Positions 30,672-44,700 of a DNA stretch of 64,000 nucleotides are shown in pieces. The stretch's first letter is position 1; each line of letters opens with the position of its first letter. The notes under the pieces are model-generated. The model did no database searches. It was not told the DNA's origin and saw nothing but the letters and a program-made list of their open reading frames with translations. This DNA is from Hormiphora californensis (Eukaryota; Animalia; Ctenophora), in the NCBI GenBank assembly GCA_020137815.1, contig CM035351.1, forward strand, positions 7,006,001 to 7,070,000. The letters are read 5' to 3'. A program made the translations under genes and the position numbers.

Positions 30672-33519
30672 AGAGAATAGAGACGAGGAAAGAGAGAGAG
30701 GAGAGAAGGAGAGGATAGAGAGAGGAGAGATCGATAGGAGAGATACCTCTCATCTCTCTCACATCTCTACGCTCTGTCTATCCTCTAGCTCGCTCTCCTC
30801 GATATCCCTCCTCGCTCTCGCTCTCTCGCTCTATCTATCTCTATATCTGAAGGATGGTGGCTGTGGTCAAGAGCAGTGCAGTACGTTGTGTGTCAATAAC
30901 ATGATTGGGTATTTCTTATTCTCCATTGGTTACTTAGTTATAGGCGGCTACGAACGTGGGACAATAGCACATGGGAAAGCAATGCTTACTCACTACGTCA
31001 CTACTACTACACTACTGTGTAGTGACTACTACTGAGAGACTGAGAAGATTCAGCAATGTTGAATCACTGCATGAAATGAGTTCTTCTAATTGCAAAATAT
31101 GAAATATATTTATAAGGACAGGTTAGACTAATCTCTCTAACCATGCACTTAAACAAAGTACCCCTTGCTGGAGTGTGGTTAGATTAGTCAACCTAATCAG
31201 TATCGACCCGCGGTTCCAGTCATCTCATGGGGAGTGGTTTATAAGAAAATTATAGACCACCTGGATCCTAGCTAAGAGTACAGAGTTCTCTACTGGATAG
31301 ATAACGATCGGGTCGTTATTAATTAAGATTACAATTGAAAACCACAAAAAGTGCGCTTACTGCGTGATGCTGATAAAGAGGTCGATTACAACAATGTGGT
31401 CGCGGAAAACAAAGCCATTGGATTACAAGATAATTGTGCCCTCTATCTCTCCCAGTCTCCCTCTCTCTCTCCCCTCCCTCTCTCTCCCCCTCTCTCTCTC
31501 GCTTCATTAATCTCTCGTAATCTCCCCGATCTCTCTATCTGCTCTCTTCTCTATTAGTAAGATCTCTCTCCAATCTTACAATCTACTTTTTCTCTCCGAG
31601 AACTTCTCTCGATCCATCTTTATTCGCCTCATAATGGTTAAAGCCAGGTCTCTGATCTTAACCAGAGGTAGCATGAGCCGAAGTAGTTCGACTTTATTAA
31701 AAACGTTGCACGTGATTTCCTTCATATTCTCTGGATTCATTAACACTAGGACTAGCTATAAAGTTGTTAATGAAATGTTCCGCATCGAAGTACAGCTGGT
31801 AATTAAAGGGCATCAGAGGAACACGTGTAACTAATAAAGGATGATATATGTGAAACTGTCGAAGTGGCTCAGTACTCTGTCAGTATAAAGCAAGGACGCT
31901 GCTGTGTCATGTGTAGCAGTCCTTAGAAACCAATCACTAGGTAGACATAAGGCATTTATCGGTCATAACCACTCGAATCAATAATGGACAGTTTTCTGCT
32001 TTTCGTATAATCAGTTCTATAACTTTCTTCTCGTCTTCTCTTTGATATCTATTGCATTTTCTCTATTCCTATCGCGGTTACAAACGCTCAGTTCATGCCG
32101 CAGCATATCAAAACAACGAAACATATTAGCGAAACTGAACAACAAATGGAAATGAACAAGCTAATTAATTACATCACAGAAAAACAAAAACAAAGTTATC
32201 GTCTGAACAGCCAATGAAATATTTGGCCGGTATCCTAACGAGCCCAGATGACTCAAGCACAATATGTCGTTAAAGTTAACGGTGATTCTATCAAGAAAAA
32301 GATACGCGATATGTCACTATATCGTTTATTGGATACCAGCTGAATAACTTTAATATACAGTAGTACGGCTGAAAATTTGACAATTTGACAAGAAAAGATC
32401 GTACCAGCCCATCACCGAAGACTTAAGCAGCTGCCAAGGCTTGCAGCTTCAAATCCCTAAATTTCCGGTAGAAAATGACTGGTCACTAAACCGTTGCAAA
32501 GCAGGGTGGCTCGGCACTGCAAAGCACCTTTTTGATGACTAAATCAGAAATCTAGCTTAGCTTGATCTAACCAACACTAGCAGTGGCGGCTTTGGTACCC
32601 GCCCAACCGTCCATGGACGGTTAGCAAATCGTGCCAGCAAGGGGGCAGACATTGATTAATTCAAATTGCAAAAAAAATACACTTCCTCGTTCACTAATTT
32701 CCCCAGAAGTACGAGTTATACGAGGCTGATATGAGTGTTTTCCAGTCGAGTTACATACGCGTTGTGGTACCGGTACTTCGTCGTACTACTTGTAGGACAG
32801 GTTGATAATTAATAAGGGAAGCTTGGCCGCGTAGTGCTCCAAAGGGCACAGATGGCGTGACGTGCCTAAAACTTAAAAGGGTAGCGGGTAAAGTCACGTA
32901 CATTTGGAAACATATTCTAGCAATTTTCCGGGCGCGATTATAATCTGGGTGCCTTGCAGCCTGTTTACAGGTGCGCGCTACCAAAAGAGTATACTTAGAC
33001 CGACTTTTTTCAGACGGCTATAGCCATGGAACCACATGGCCGATTTGAGTAAATTAAACGGTATCAGTTAGAGAATCGATAGCCCTAACCGATAACCCCA
33101 AACCAAACCCTAACCAGACCCTAACGGATAGCCCTAACCCGTCGCGCGCGCCAAAACTACGAATTGTTAGCAATGAAAGGCACCCAGATTTTAACGTTTT
33201 CCGATCTTTTGACGCGTGACAAACTTTTTGGAGCTTCCTTTTTATTTTCGAAAACTTTTTTGTTGTTATGTGTGTTTTGGAGCGCGCGGCAATATTTAAA
33301 TTTTACGCTGCATTTGAACGCCGCGCGCGCTATTTATTCTGATTTTACAATTTTAAAACAAAAAGTTTGCCATCCAGCTTTTTTAAACTTTTTTCCTTTC
33401 CTTTTTTTTCCACTCTTGAGGCCCTTTTTTGCTCCCCAAACCCTCTTAAGTCACCGGAAATACAAGAGTAAAGATACGAGAAAGTTATTGACGTAGTCTG
33501 TATCAAATTGTTATGACAT

Positions 33520-34641
33520 ATGACTGGAGTCCTAAAATCGGATATCTTCTGGAGTTCAGTTACTCTTGCGGAAGTTGTCGAGATCCTTTCGTCAGATGAT
33601 TTGCCCTTGAACGAATTCCAGATCGCTGGTAGGTCTATTAGCTGACTGTTTCCATTATTGACACAAGTAGTAGCACTCAAATGGTTTTCCTTGTCAGAGC
33701 TTGCGTTGACGTGGTTAACGAGAAACTATCGTTTGGTGAAATCATCATCCCTACCGAGTATCCTGTCACCCTTACCACACAATTTCAAACTGGAATATGC
33801 AGATAAGGTTTGCCACCAAACTGTTAAAAACCTCTCACTGTGCGGCTCTTTTAGTATACACATTATGCCCAGGTTCTTGGGTGTCTCCGGTTGTCAGGAA
33901 CAAGTTTCTTCTACAACTGGATGTTCCTAAAGCCATGGTTTATCAAACTGGGAGCACCCACGGAAGATCTTGAAAATGAAGATTTCGATGAGCCGCCTGA
34001 CGGAGATCCACTGATACACCTCAGAAACGTAATAAAATATGTTCATCTGAAGAATGAAATCTCATTAAATGTTAATTTAATGTGTATGTTTACTTTTAGG
34101 TGCCTCAATCACGGATATATGGATTTGCTGATATATGTATAGACAGCTTCTCGCTCCCTCTGACGTCCATGCTGATGCTTCAGGAGGGTCGGTATGAAAT
34201 CGAGGAACCGTGCTACTACTGTTGTGATGAAATGGTATGCGTTTTCAGTTGTCATCTTTCCTTGATATTCCTAACCTTTAGTTTCATCTCTAACATCCTC
34301 TCGTTCCTGTCCAGATGAGTGTGACTGTTGGTGAGCTAGTACACGCATCTTTTGACCACACGAAAGTAACAATAACCATCGAAGTCGCACCTCCCGGAAC
34401 TGATTGCCCTGTTAAGATAACTGGCCATTGCAATGCCATCAGAGACTCATATCACAAGATAGAACACGCTAACGTGCTACCCACGAGTCACACTGAAACA
34501 GCACATCATGATGAGTTTTGTGGGCTATACTGCACTTCATATGATTCATTATCTCGTTATTTTGAGAGACTGAGATCGGTTGGGGCTAAACTGTCATTGT
34601 TCTACTCCCGAGTTCCTATTTTGTCAAGCGAGGAGTCTTAG
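33520..34641 (+). CDS. Hypothetical protein with BACK-like N-terminal segment
   Basis: Exons ~33520-33628, 33667-33807, 33873-34028, 34100-34233, 34315-34641 with GT-AG borders. FWSSVTLAEVVEILSSDDLPLNEFQIAVVALKW resembles BACK domains. The start is uncertain. Confidence 0.55.
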
Positions 34642-34776
34642 TAATTTTGTAATACAGAAGGGATTGTGTTGTAAATAGTTTTAATAATTGTTCAGTTTTT
34701 AGTCACCTACCTACAATTTCATAGATTCGCATTTTGTATGACTAAGTTCCAAATACTTTCCACCCCTTTCCTAGCT

Positions 34777-36351
<1,575 letters not shown>

Positions 36352-36566
36352 ATAGATCTATATATCAGAGAGAGATAACAATGTTTGTATTCGAGAAGTG
36401 TGTTATAACACCCCGTGGCCCTCTACTGTGTTGTTTTGACACACACACTAACCGTGGCCCCTGTAAATTATTATATCATGAGGTTTTTGTGTGTGAGTTT
36501 CTGTGTGTTTTCTATATTAACTGAGCTGCATATAATGTTAGTGTGCCAAATTGGCGCTAATTTTAA

Positions 36567-37844
36567 GGGTACACCTCGGCAAAATTTTTGTCGAGTGCCC
36601 GCTTAGCTCTCCATATGGGGTTGTAGGGCATACCAAGCCGACCTCAAATGTGCAATTTTAGCCCTTAACTCGAATTCATATTTTTGCTACAGCCCCTCAA
36701 AGTTTGACCCTAAAAACCGGTTTTTAAGGTCCCTAAATTTTATTTTTAGGGCTAGAAAGCTGAAAATTTAGGGATTCATAGAGGATACCAAGGTGTATAG
36801 CTCAAACAGAAATTTTTTGAAATGGAGCTCAATTTTTTGTCTGAGACTATTTTACTTTTTTTGACTTTGAGGCCATATTTGGACATGTTCCTATGGACCG
36901 TTAAGGCTAAAAATTGGATATTTGGTGCTCCTAACAATTGTCAAAGTAGCCACAAATTTTCAGGAGGTCCGAATTCGAAATGTGGCCTACAGGTTTCTTT
37001 TTGTAAAGCACATATTTTAGGAAAACTTAAAATGGCTATATCTCAAAAACGGTAGGTCCTAGCGATCTAATTTTGTGCTAAATCGATTCAGCGGGTCCGA
37101 TTTTGGGGGGGTCGTCTCTTAGACATTTTGCTCTAAGTCTAACCGTTTTTTCAGAAATCGTATTTTAAGATTTGAACATGTTTAGCAGAAATAGGTAAGA
37201 TTAGCTCTAGCTAGAAGCATTTCTGCTAAACATGTACAAACCTTAAAATACGATTTCTGAATAAACGGTTAGACTTAGAGCAAAATGTCTAAGAGACGAC
37301 CCCCCCAAAATCGGACCCGCTGAATCAATTTAGCACAAAATTAGATCGCTAGGACCTACCGTTTTTGAGATATAGCCATTTTAAGTTTTCCTAAAATATG
37401 TGCTTTACAAAAAGAAACCTGTAGGCCACATTTCGAATTCGGACCTCCTGAAAATTTGTGGCTACTTTGACAATTGTTAGGAGCACCAAATATCCAATTT
37501 TTAGCCTTAACGGTCCATAGGAACATGTCCAAATATGGCCTCAAAGTCAAAAAAAGTAAAATAGTCTCAGCCAAAAAATTGAGCTCCATTTCAAAAAATT
37601 TCTGTTTGAGCTATACACCTTGGTATCCTCTATGAATCCCTAAATTTTCAGCTTTCTAGCCCTAAAAATAAAATTTAGGGACCTTAAAAACCGGTTTTTA
37701 GGGTCAAACTTTGAGGGGCTGTAGCAAAAATATGAATTCGAGTTAAGGGCTAAAATTGCACATTTGAGGTCGGCTTGGTATGCCCTACAACCCCATATGG
37801 AGAGCTAAGCGGGCACTCGACAAAAATTTTGCCGAGGTGTACCC
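36567..37844. mobile_element. ~1.28-kb foldback non-autonomous DNA transposon with TTAA target duplication (Kolobok-like GG...CC ends)
   Basis: TTAA|gggtacacctcggc ... gccgaggtgtaccc|TTAA. Arms ~625 bp, near-identical inverted copies; centre ~37195-37220. Confidence 0.9.
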
Positions 37845-37921
37845 TTAAAGTGAGCTATCAAATGTATCAATTTTTAAAAACACCCCAAAACCAGCGTTTT
37901 CCTGTTTCCAGGGTATATTTC

Positions 37922-39052
37922 ATGGCATGTATTGGCATCTTCATTGGACAGTGCGGGGTAACCCTGGGGTTGGATATCCTCGCCACTAAACCACCTAGTA
38001 TGGAGTGTTATGACGGTACTACCCATGCTATCTTTGTCGACACTGAAATGAAGGTCATCCGGCGGTACAGAAAGGGTCTTATCGCCCAATCTGCAGTTCA
38101 CCTGTACCCTGATGTCGCGGGGTGTGGTGGATGCTATGCAAAGGGGGCTGAAACTGCCGCTAAATCACTTCCTGAAGTGCTGGGTCTGGTGGAGAGGCAG
38201 CTAGAACGGACTGATTGCTGTGTGGGATTCCTTCTTGTTCACAGTCTGGCTGGGGGGACTGGTAGCGGGTTTGGGTCTACCCTGACCAGGGAACTAAAGA
38301 CACTATACCCGGGCATGTTCTTGTGCAATGTGTCCATCCTACCATTCCGGTCAGGGGAGAACCCAGTTCAGAGTTACAACACCCTCCTCTGTCTCCACCA
38401 CCTCCAGGAGCACTCTGATCTTGTGGTTCTGGTGGAGAACTCTATAGTTGCTGAGGAGGTGGGAGGAGGAGCTAACATGCCCCAACTTAACAAGAAGATA
38501 GCAGCTAACCTCCAGGTGGTGCTGGGTGATAATAAACAAGTCCCCCACCGCCAGGCGCTGTGGGAGGTGGTTAAGAGTGTAGCAGCTATACCAGCTGTGA
38601 AGATGTGTACTGTGGGTGGTGTTGGAGGGGTGAGGAGTAGTTCGGAGATGGTTGATAAAACTGTGAGAGCTGTGAAACAGAGGACTGGATTTGGAAAATA
38701 CCGGTCTTTGGGAGGGATATTCTGCACCTACAACACGTCATCCCAGCTCCTGGATGAGAGGGGTGAGAGCAAGATCAGGAAAGCGTGTAATTTCACATCC
38801 TGGAATACATTTCCAATTGATTTCTGGAGCGCTCCTACCAAACAGCAGATGGTGACAGCTAGTAGTTTTATTCTAAACTGTAGTAGTGTGTGTAACAGTG
38901 TTGTAACAGAGTGTGATAATGCGATGTTAAAGTTCCATGCTGGGGCATACCTTCACTGGTTCGAGAAACACGGGACTGGGAGGGAGGAGTTTTTAGCTGC
39001 TTTTCAGACGTGTAACGATATTGTAAATAATTATAACCACTTTTGTACATGA
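37922..39052 (+). CDS. Zeta-tubulin (delta/zeta group), intronless
   Basis: IGQCG, VDTEMKVI, HSLAGGTGSGFGS, GENPVQSYNTLLCL, SWNTFPIDFW, AYLHWF. The last three motifs fit my recollection of zeta better than delta. True start at MACIGIF, behind an acceptor at ~37911. Confidence 0.78.
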   Translation: MACIGIFIGQCGVTLGLDILATKPPSMECYDGTTHAIFVDTEMKVIRRYRKGLIAQSAVHLYPDVAGCGGCYAKGAETAAKSLPEVLGLVERQLERTDCCVGFLLVHSLAGGTGSGFGSTLTRELKTLYPGMFLCNVSILPFRSGENPVQSYNTLLCLHHLQEHSDLVVLVENSIVAEEVGGGANMPQLNKKIAANLQVVLGDNKQVPHRQALWEVVKSVAAIPAVKMCTVGGVGGVRSSSEMVDKTVRAVKQRTGFGKYRSLGGIFCTYNTSSQLLDERGESKIRKACNFTSWNTFPIDFWSAPTKQQMVTASSFILNCSSVCNSVVTECDNAMLKFHAGAYLHWFEKHGTGREEFLAAFQTCNDIVNNYNHFCT

Positions 39053-39242
39053 TAATGCTATGTTTTATATTTCCTGTATATTTAGCGCTCAATTTTTATT
39101 AAGAACAGCCTTGTTTTCATCAATCTCGACCCTATTTATACCCAACTGATCAAATACCACTACATCTCTTCATAATTGACTCCTCCCTAGATGTAACTAG
39201 TTCCCATGGCAACCTGTGTGACGTCACTATACCTATGACGTC

Positions 39243-39494
39243 ATGTCAGCCAAGGAGGTGGTGATATCAATAGATGAGATCCTGGAGGACATAACCCGGG
39301 CATCCTCCACCGACCCCGTTTTTACAATAGGAGCCAAGGCGCCCATCCTATCTGGGGAGGTGCAGAAATATATGAAACAGCAAAGTGAACTTGGGGAGCT
39401 TGAGGAGAGAGCTAGGGGTGAAATTCAGAAATTAGAGAATGCTGTACCTGCCTTGCAGGACAAGGAAGAACAATTGAATTCGTTAAACTTTTGA
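39243..39494 (+). CDS. C19orf25: UPF0449 / C19orf25 homolog
   Basis: SIDEILEDITRASSTDPVFTI matches the family motif (TVEQILEDV...EDPVFTI), followed by a coiled coil. Confidence 0.75.
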   Translation: MSAKEVVISIDEILEDITRASSTDPVFTIGAKAPILSGEVQKYMKQQSELGELEERARGEIQKLENAVPALQDKEEQLNSLNF

Positions 39495-39672
39495 GAATTG
39501 TGTACTGTGTGAATTTTGTTGGAAGTTGAACTTCTATTTCAGTTTTTGTAAAGTTTTCAACATCTTCTGCCCCCAATTCTGACACCCCACTCCCAAGAAT
39601 TATACCCTGGACCCCAACTCTTTGTCAACCCCCATTCCCCCACAATTACCACCTCTCTTTTAGTACAGTACC

Positions 39673-40161
39673 ATGTGCGAAGATATAGACTACAGTGACC
39701 TATTCCCTGATCGATACACCGATTCAGACCCAGGTTACAAGGCCTGCTCAGTCACCCTACCCGATCCTCCAGTGGTAACACCCTGGCCCCCTCCCCGGCA
39801 ATGGCGTGGTGGTGGACGGCGCTACAACAATCATCATGGAGGGAACCCAAACAACAGGTCTTATGATCGGTCAAGGGATGAGTGGTGTCATTCTAATGAT
39901 AGACAAGGGTACATTAGGTCACGTGGGGGGTCACGTGATCATCCGTACAGTGGAAACAGGGATTACAGACGGGATTATAGGGACAACCAACACAGAGGAG
40001 GGGGTGTAGGTGGAGGTTACCATGGTTACCAACACAATCAACAACATGGTAACCATGGTAACCATGACAGGAGGGACCATGATGATTACAGGAGAAGGGG
40101 AGGGGATCACCACCAGAACAGACACGAGAGACAGCAGTCCATCTACCATAACGACAGATGA
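39673..40161 (+). CDS. RAMAC: RNA guanine-N7 methyltransferase activating subunit (RAM/FAM103A1)
   Basis: YSDLFPDRYTDSDPGY...PDPPVVTPW N-terminal activation motif followed by an R/G/N/H/Y-rich low-complexity tail. Confidence 0.75.
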   Translation: MCEDIDYSDLFPDRYTDSDPGYKACSVTLPDPPVVTPWPPPRQWRGGGRRYNNHHGGNPNNRSYDRSRDEWCHSNDRQGYIRSRGGSRDHPYSGNRDYRRDYRDNQHRGGGVGGGYHGYQHNQQHGNHGNHDRRDHDDYRRRGGDHHQNRHERQQSIYHNDR

Positions 40162-40358
40162 CGGTGTGTTATGTTATTGTTCAGTAAACATTCAGTTTGT
40201 ATGACTTTATATATTGATATTGGTACATTGCCAACCTATTATTATCAGATTTGTTGTAATATCTTGCGTTTCATTCCTCCATTATATCTGAAATCCCACC
40301 TCTGCCTATAAATCATAAATCAAATAATAATTAATATCCTCTCTCTTCTGTTAGGGGT

Positions 40359-41117
40359 ATGTCATTACCATCCCACCTCTCAAATGGGTCCTGGATATGT
40401 CAGAAAGAATCAATATCCCGGCAGTACAAATTCCTCAAACGGATAGTCAAGCTAAAATTCAACCAGATGGATTTCGAGTTTGCTGCTTGGCAGATGTTTT
40501 ACCTTGTTACCACCCCCGCTAAGATTTACAAGAACAGTCAAATGAGGAAACACACAAGGAACCAATGGGCGAGGGATGACCCTGCCTTCATGGTCCTGCT
40601 AGCTGGGTTTCTTGCAGTCTCGTCCATCCTCTTTGCAGTGATTCTCAAGTTGAGCGTGTCAGGGTTCTTCAAGTTCCTCCTCTGGGTGGTTTTTATAGAC
40701 TTTATTGGTGTGGGCCTCGTCATAGCAGGGGCGTGCTGGTATATTTGTGGGTGGGTAGCACGGAAGGAGAACCTGCCCCAAAGCCCCGAGTTTGGGTACT
40801 CATTTGATGTCCACTGCAATGCGTTCTTCCCAGTTTTGGTGATTATGCATGTTATTCAGCCACTCTGCTGGCACATCTTTATCGATGGTAATGGTATGTG
40901 GAGCTCCTTCATGGGCAACTCACTATGGGTGCTGGCAATCGCATCCTACATCTACATCACCTTCCTGGGGTATGCAGCCCTGCCGTTTGTACAGGGTGCT
41001 GAGAAAATCCTGTACCTCATCGCTGCTCTTTTCGTTATCTTCCTCTTCTCTGTGTGCCTCAATCATAATTGGGGGAAACATTTGATCAACTTTTACCGGT
41101 ACCGCATAGGCGAGTAA
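40359..41117 (+). CDS. UNC50: UNC-50 family Golgi membrane protein, intronless
   Basis: QMDFEFAAWQM, TRNQWARDDPAF, FGYSFDVHCNAFFP, YITFLGYAALPF. Confidence 0.95.
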   Translation: MSLPSHLSNGSWICQKESISRQYKFLKRIVKLKFNQMDFEFAAWQMFYLVTTPAKIYKNSQMRKHTRNQWARDDPAFMVLLAGFLAVSSILFAVILKLSVSGFFKFLLWVVFIDFIGVGLVIAGACWYICGWVARKENLPQSPEFGYSFDVHCNAFFPVLVIMHVIQPLCWHIFIDGNGMWSSFMGNSLWVLAIASYIYITFLGYAALPFVQGAEKILYLIAALFVIFLFSVCLNHNWGKHLINFYRYRIGE

Positions 41118-41744
41118 TGGGCAGGCATCGCTGTTGTGATAGATCCAGATATTGAGAGAACGCATGATATGCACGAGATATATAACTTGTACAGAGGAAA
41201 TGGAATGTATAAACAGGGCGCTATGTACCACCGATATATGATATGACATGTGTTTTGGGGTGACACCCTGTACTGCTAACAATAACAATCACGTGTCATA
41301 TATTTAAACACGTGTCTTCATAATGGGGCTAATCTGAGCTATTTGATTTGTGCATGAGGTGTAGTAACACACGGTGGAAAAGTGAACCAGTGTGTGCTAT
41401 GTGTATTTTGTTTGATGAGTATGAATTTTGTTAAACTACTGCTTTTTTTCTTGGTTAGAAACACTTTGTTCTGAATTATCAAACGATGCAGTTTTTATCT
41501 GTTTTTTATCTGTTCCCCTCAAACATACCTCCCTTATTATAATCATCACTCCTCTTTCCCTCAATGCCCTAGACAAATCCCTCCCTCTTGTGTTTTCTCC
41601 AACTAATTCCCTCCAAAAAAACTTCCTAACCGCCTCCCTCCCCTGCTGTAGATCTACAATTGCTAACTCCCTCCCTCCCCCCACTTACTAACTCGCTCCC
41701 TTCATTCCACTGTAGAACAACACACACTGAATCACCGCGGTACG

Positions 41745-44700
41745 ATGTCAGGGGTTCCCCTTGGCTACTACTATGGCCAGGAGTTTGTCAGGGGGGACAT
41801 TGCCCTTCTGGACCACTGTTACTCCCGGCCCTTCCAGTCGCTGGTGCACCATAACAAGGTCCACACCCAGCAGCCCCGGACCATCCTGAAACTGGAGGAT
41901 CCCCCGGAGACAGAGGACGATATAGACGTGTCTGGGGGTGTTACACATGTGAGTAGTGGGGGTGTTACACATGTGAGTAGTGGGGGTGTTACACATGTGA
42001 GTAGTATTATAGACGTGTCTGGGGGGGGGGGGGTTACACATGTGAGTAGTATAGATGTGTCTCATGTCTGGGGGGTGTTACACATGTGAGAAGTATAGAC
42101 GTGTCTGGGGGCGTTACACATGTGAGTTGTGGGGGTGTTATACATGTGAGTAGTATTTTGTCTGGCCAGGCGAGATAAAACCCCAGAAGTCAGAACCCTT
42201 TTGATAAGGATTGTTCAACTGATAGCTCTAAACTGATAAATGTAGACACTCTTTCTATCATTTGTTTCTAGGAACCAAATACCCACTCCCACTACCTCTT
42301 CATTTCAGATCGCTCCACCCTTTGACATGCCCCTTCATTTCAGATCGCTCCCCCCTTTGACATGCCCCTTCATTTCAGATCGCTCCACCCTTTGACATGC
42401 CCCTCCATTTCAGATCGCTCCCCCATTTGACATGCCCCGGAACGCCCACCTGATAAACGAGACAGAACGGTTCCTGCTGACCCACTGTTCCAGCAAGTTG
42501 AGTGAGGAACACGAGGACTGGATGTCCCGGGTAACCTGGAACCCCGAGCAACATGCTCTCTTCGCACGGATCATGAAGATTATCGACACTGCCCGGCTAG
42601 CTCGACTCAGCTCAGTGGGACACTAGTAATGAAAGTGTAATGCGTAACATCTATACAGCACACGCAGCACGGACAACTCAGAAAGACATTTGCTATAATA
42701 AAGTGGGATCGGGAGCTGAGTACATGGCTCCACAACACCTTGTTTAGTGCACTGAGTCTGAGGCTGTTATTGGCTATCTATATCGATATGTTACAACATC
42801 TAGGATAACTCAGTACCTGCACTTGTTACAAGGCTGTTAGAGGGTCACAAGATTAACAACCCAGCCCGGTCTGCCCTCACATCCTGTGAAACTATCCTAT
42901 CCTTTCTAAGGAGAACCAGTAATCCGATCATGCACTTGGCTACTGTTAAACCTACCCGGGTCGCAGGTTAGTCCGACTAGAGTATGAAGTTAGAAGTTCC
43001 TCCTTTCAACATTATCCCCCCAACTTCATACTCTATATTATATGGTGATGCTGGCCCGATGCCAGAGAAACTGATACCTTTACATCACGTTGTTTACACG
43101 TTGTTTACACCAATATTCCCCCCTTTCCTCCTCCCAGGCAACCCTCTGATGTTGATAGTACCACACTACCTTGATGGGGATATTGCTGACAGTGCTTTAT
43201 TCTCCCGACTATCAAATATCAAACAAATGGCCAAGATACGAACCCTGAACATCACCCAACCTATTGACAAGATCAAGACAGCCGCACACTACACCAACAC
43301 TCTTGTTAAAAGTAAGAAACACTCTTGTTAAAATTAAGAAACACTCTTGTTAAAAGTAAGAAACTCATTGTAAGAGTTTGTAGCTTTGAGGAATCGGCAG
43401 AGCAACGTTAAAGTGAAAACTAACTTTTTAAACGCATTTTGATACACCACCTGGTCCCCATGCTAAATACACGTGTAATTAAACACCCCTCCCCCAGGTG
43501 TACACATGGCAGTGTCTACTGCTGTTTCTAAACACGATAACAGGAACGTGTTTGCCATTGGTTGGGGTATCGGCTCCCTGACCCTCCTCCACGTGGCAAG
43601 TGCTGAGTCACTAAGAGGGGTGATCTGTGTGGGTCTGCCTCTGAACAAGAAACACAGACCTCTCCGAGCTGTGATATCTGATATCAAGTGTCCTGTGTTG
43701 TTTGTAGTTGGTACTGCTACCAGGCACTCTAAAGCAGCAGATGTAGAGGCCTTGATAGGGAACATCCCAGGAGACAAGAGACTTGTGTTTATAGAGGGTG
43801 CAGATGATAATCTGTGTGTGCCAATGTCAAAACAGGTTGAGTACGGCCTGACACAGTCCATGTTGGATCAAATTGTATTGGATGAAATCGGAAACTTCCT
43901 CATCTCAATTGCCGGTAAGAGACCCTGGGGTGCAGTATATTGTTTTAACGCCCCCCCCCCCCCTGTTTTAACTATTGTAGCTATATACATCTGGGGGTGC
44001 CGTATATTAACTTCCTCTATATCATAACCCCCTGACAGGTTACTCGCCACCCACCCGAGAGGAGCTACAGGAATTTGAAGAACAGGAAATTGCACGGCAC
44101 AGGAAGAGGAAGATCGAGGCGACAGCACTTTCAGTTAGGAAGATGTACCCTCAAATTATTTCAGAGGATCACATTTTAAAAAGGAAGCCGACTAAAAGGA
44201 CATCACTGGAAAAGAATAAACAGGAGCCCATCAAGAAAGAAAAGAAAAAGAGGAAGATAAAGGTAAAATGCACTATCTTCTTACTGTTTTTCTATTTTTT
44301 CTGTGAAACGAATATAATATCGAGTTCCAGTTGTTTCATAGTTTGACACATTTTGTTCAGGTTCGAAAATCGGATAGCCCCTTTGACTATAGTGTGAGTG
44401 ACAGTGAGAGGAACGATGTGGAATCTCTTGGGAGTCTTCTACCGGAGAGAAGTAAACTAATTGACTCTCAGTTGGAGGAACGGTTCAAAACCCCCGAAAC
44501 TTCTCCCTCCCAGTCTCCACAACCCGGTCCATACGAGCCTAAACCTTATACCAGGTAACACGGTGCTTCAAAAGATAGCAGAGGTCTATTATAACTGCTG
44601 TTACAATGTACCGTTGTTACTTGTATGGTAGCTCTAGCATGTTATGTGACTACTTGTTTCACCCCCCAACTAACTAATTCCCTGCCCCCTAGTTACGGTA

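Noticed and set aside
33080-33142. Interstitial telomere (CCCTAA-like; also ~61490-61550)
   Set aside because: Only a few degenerate units embedded in repeat-like DNA.
36822-37589. Pair of mirrored 77-aa ORFs
   Set aside because: Consequence of the palindrome; no protein features.
37775-37921. 49-aa N-terminal extension of the tubulin ORF
   Set aside because: It derives from the foldback terminus and spacer. A splice acceptor precedes the canonical start at 37922.
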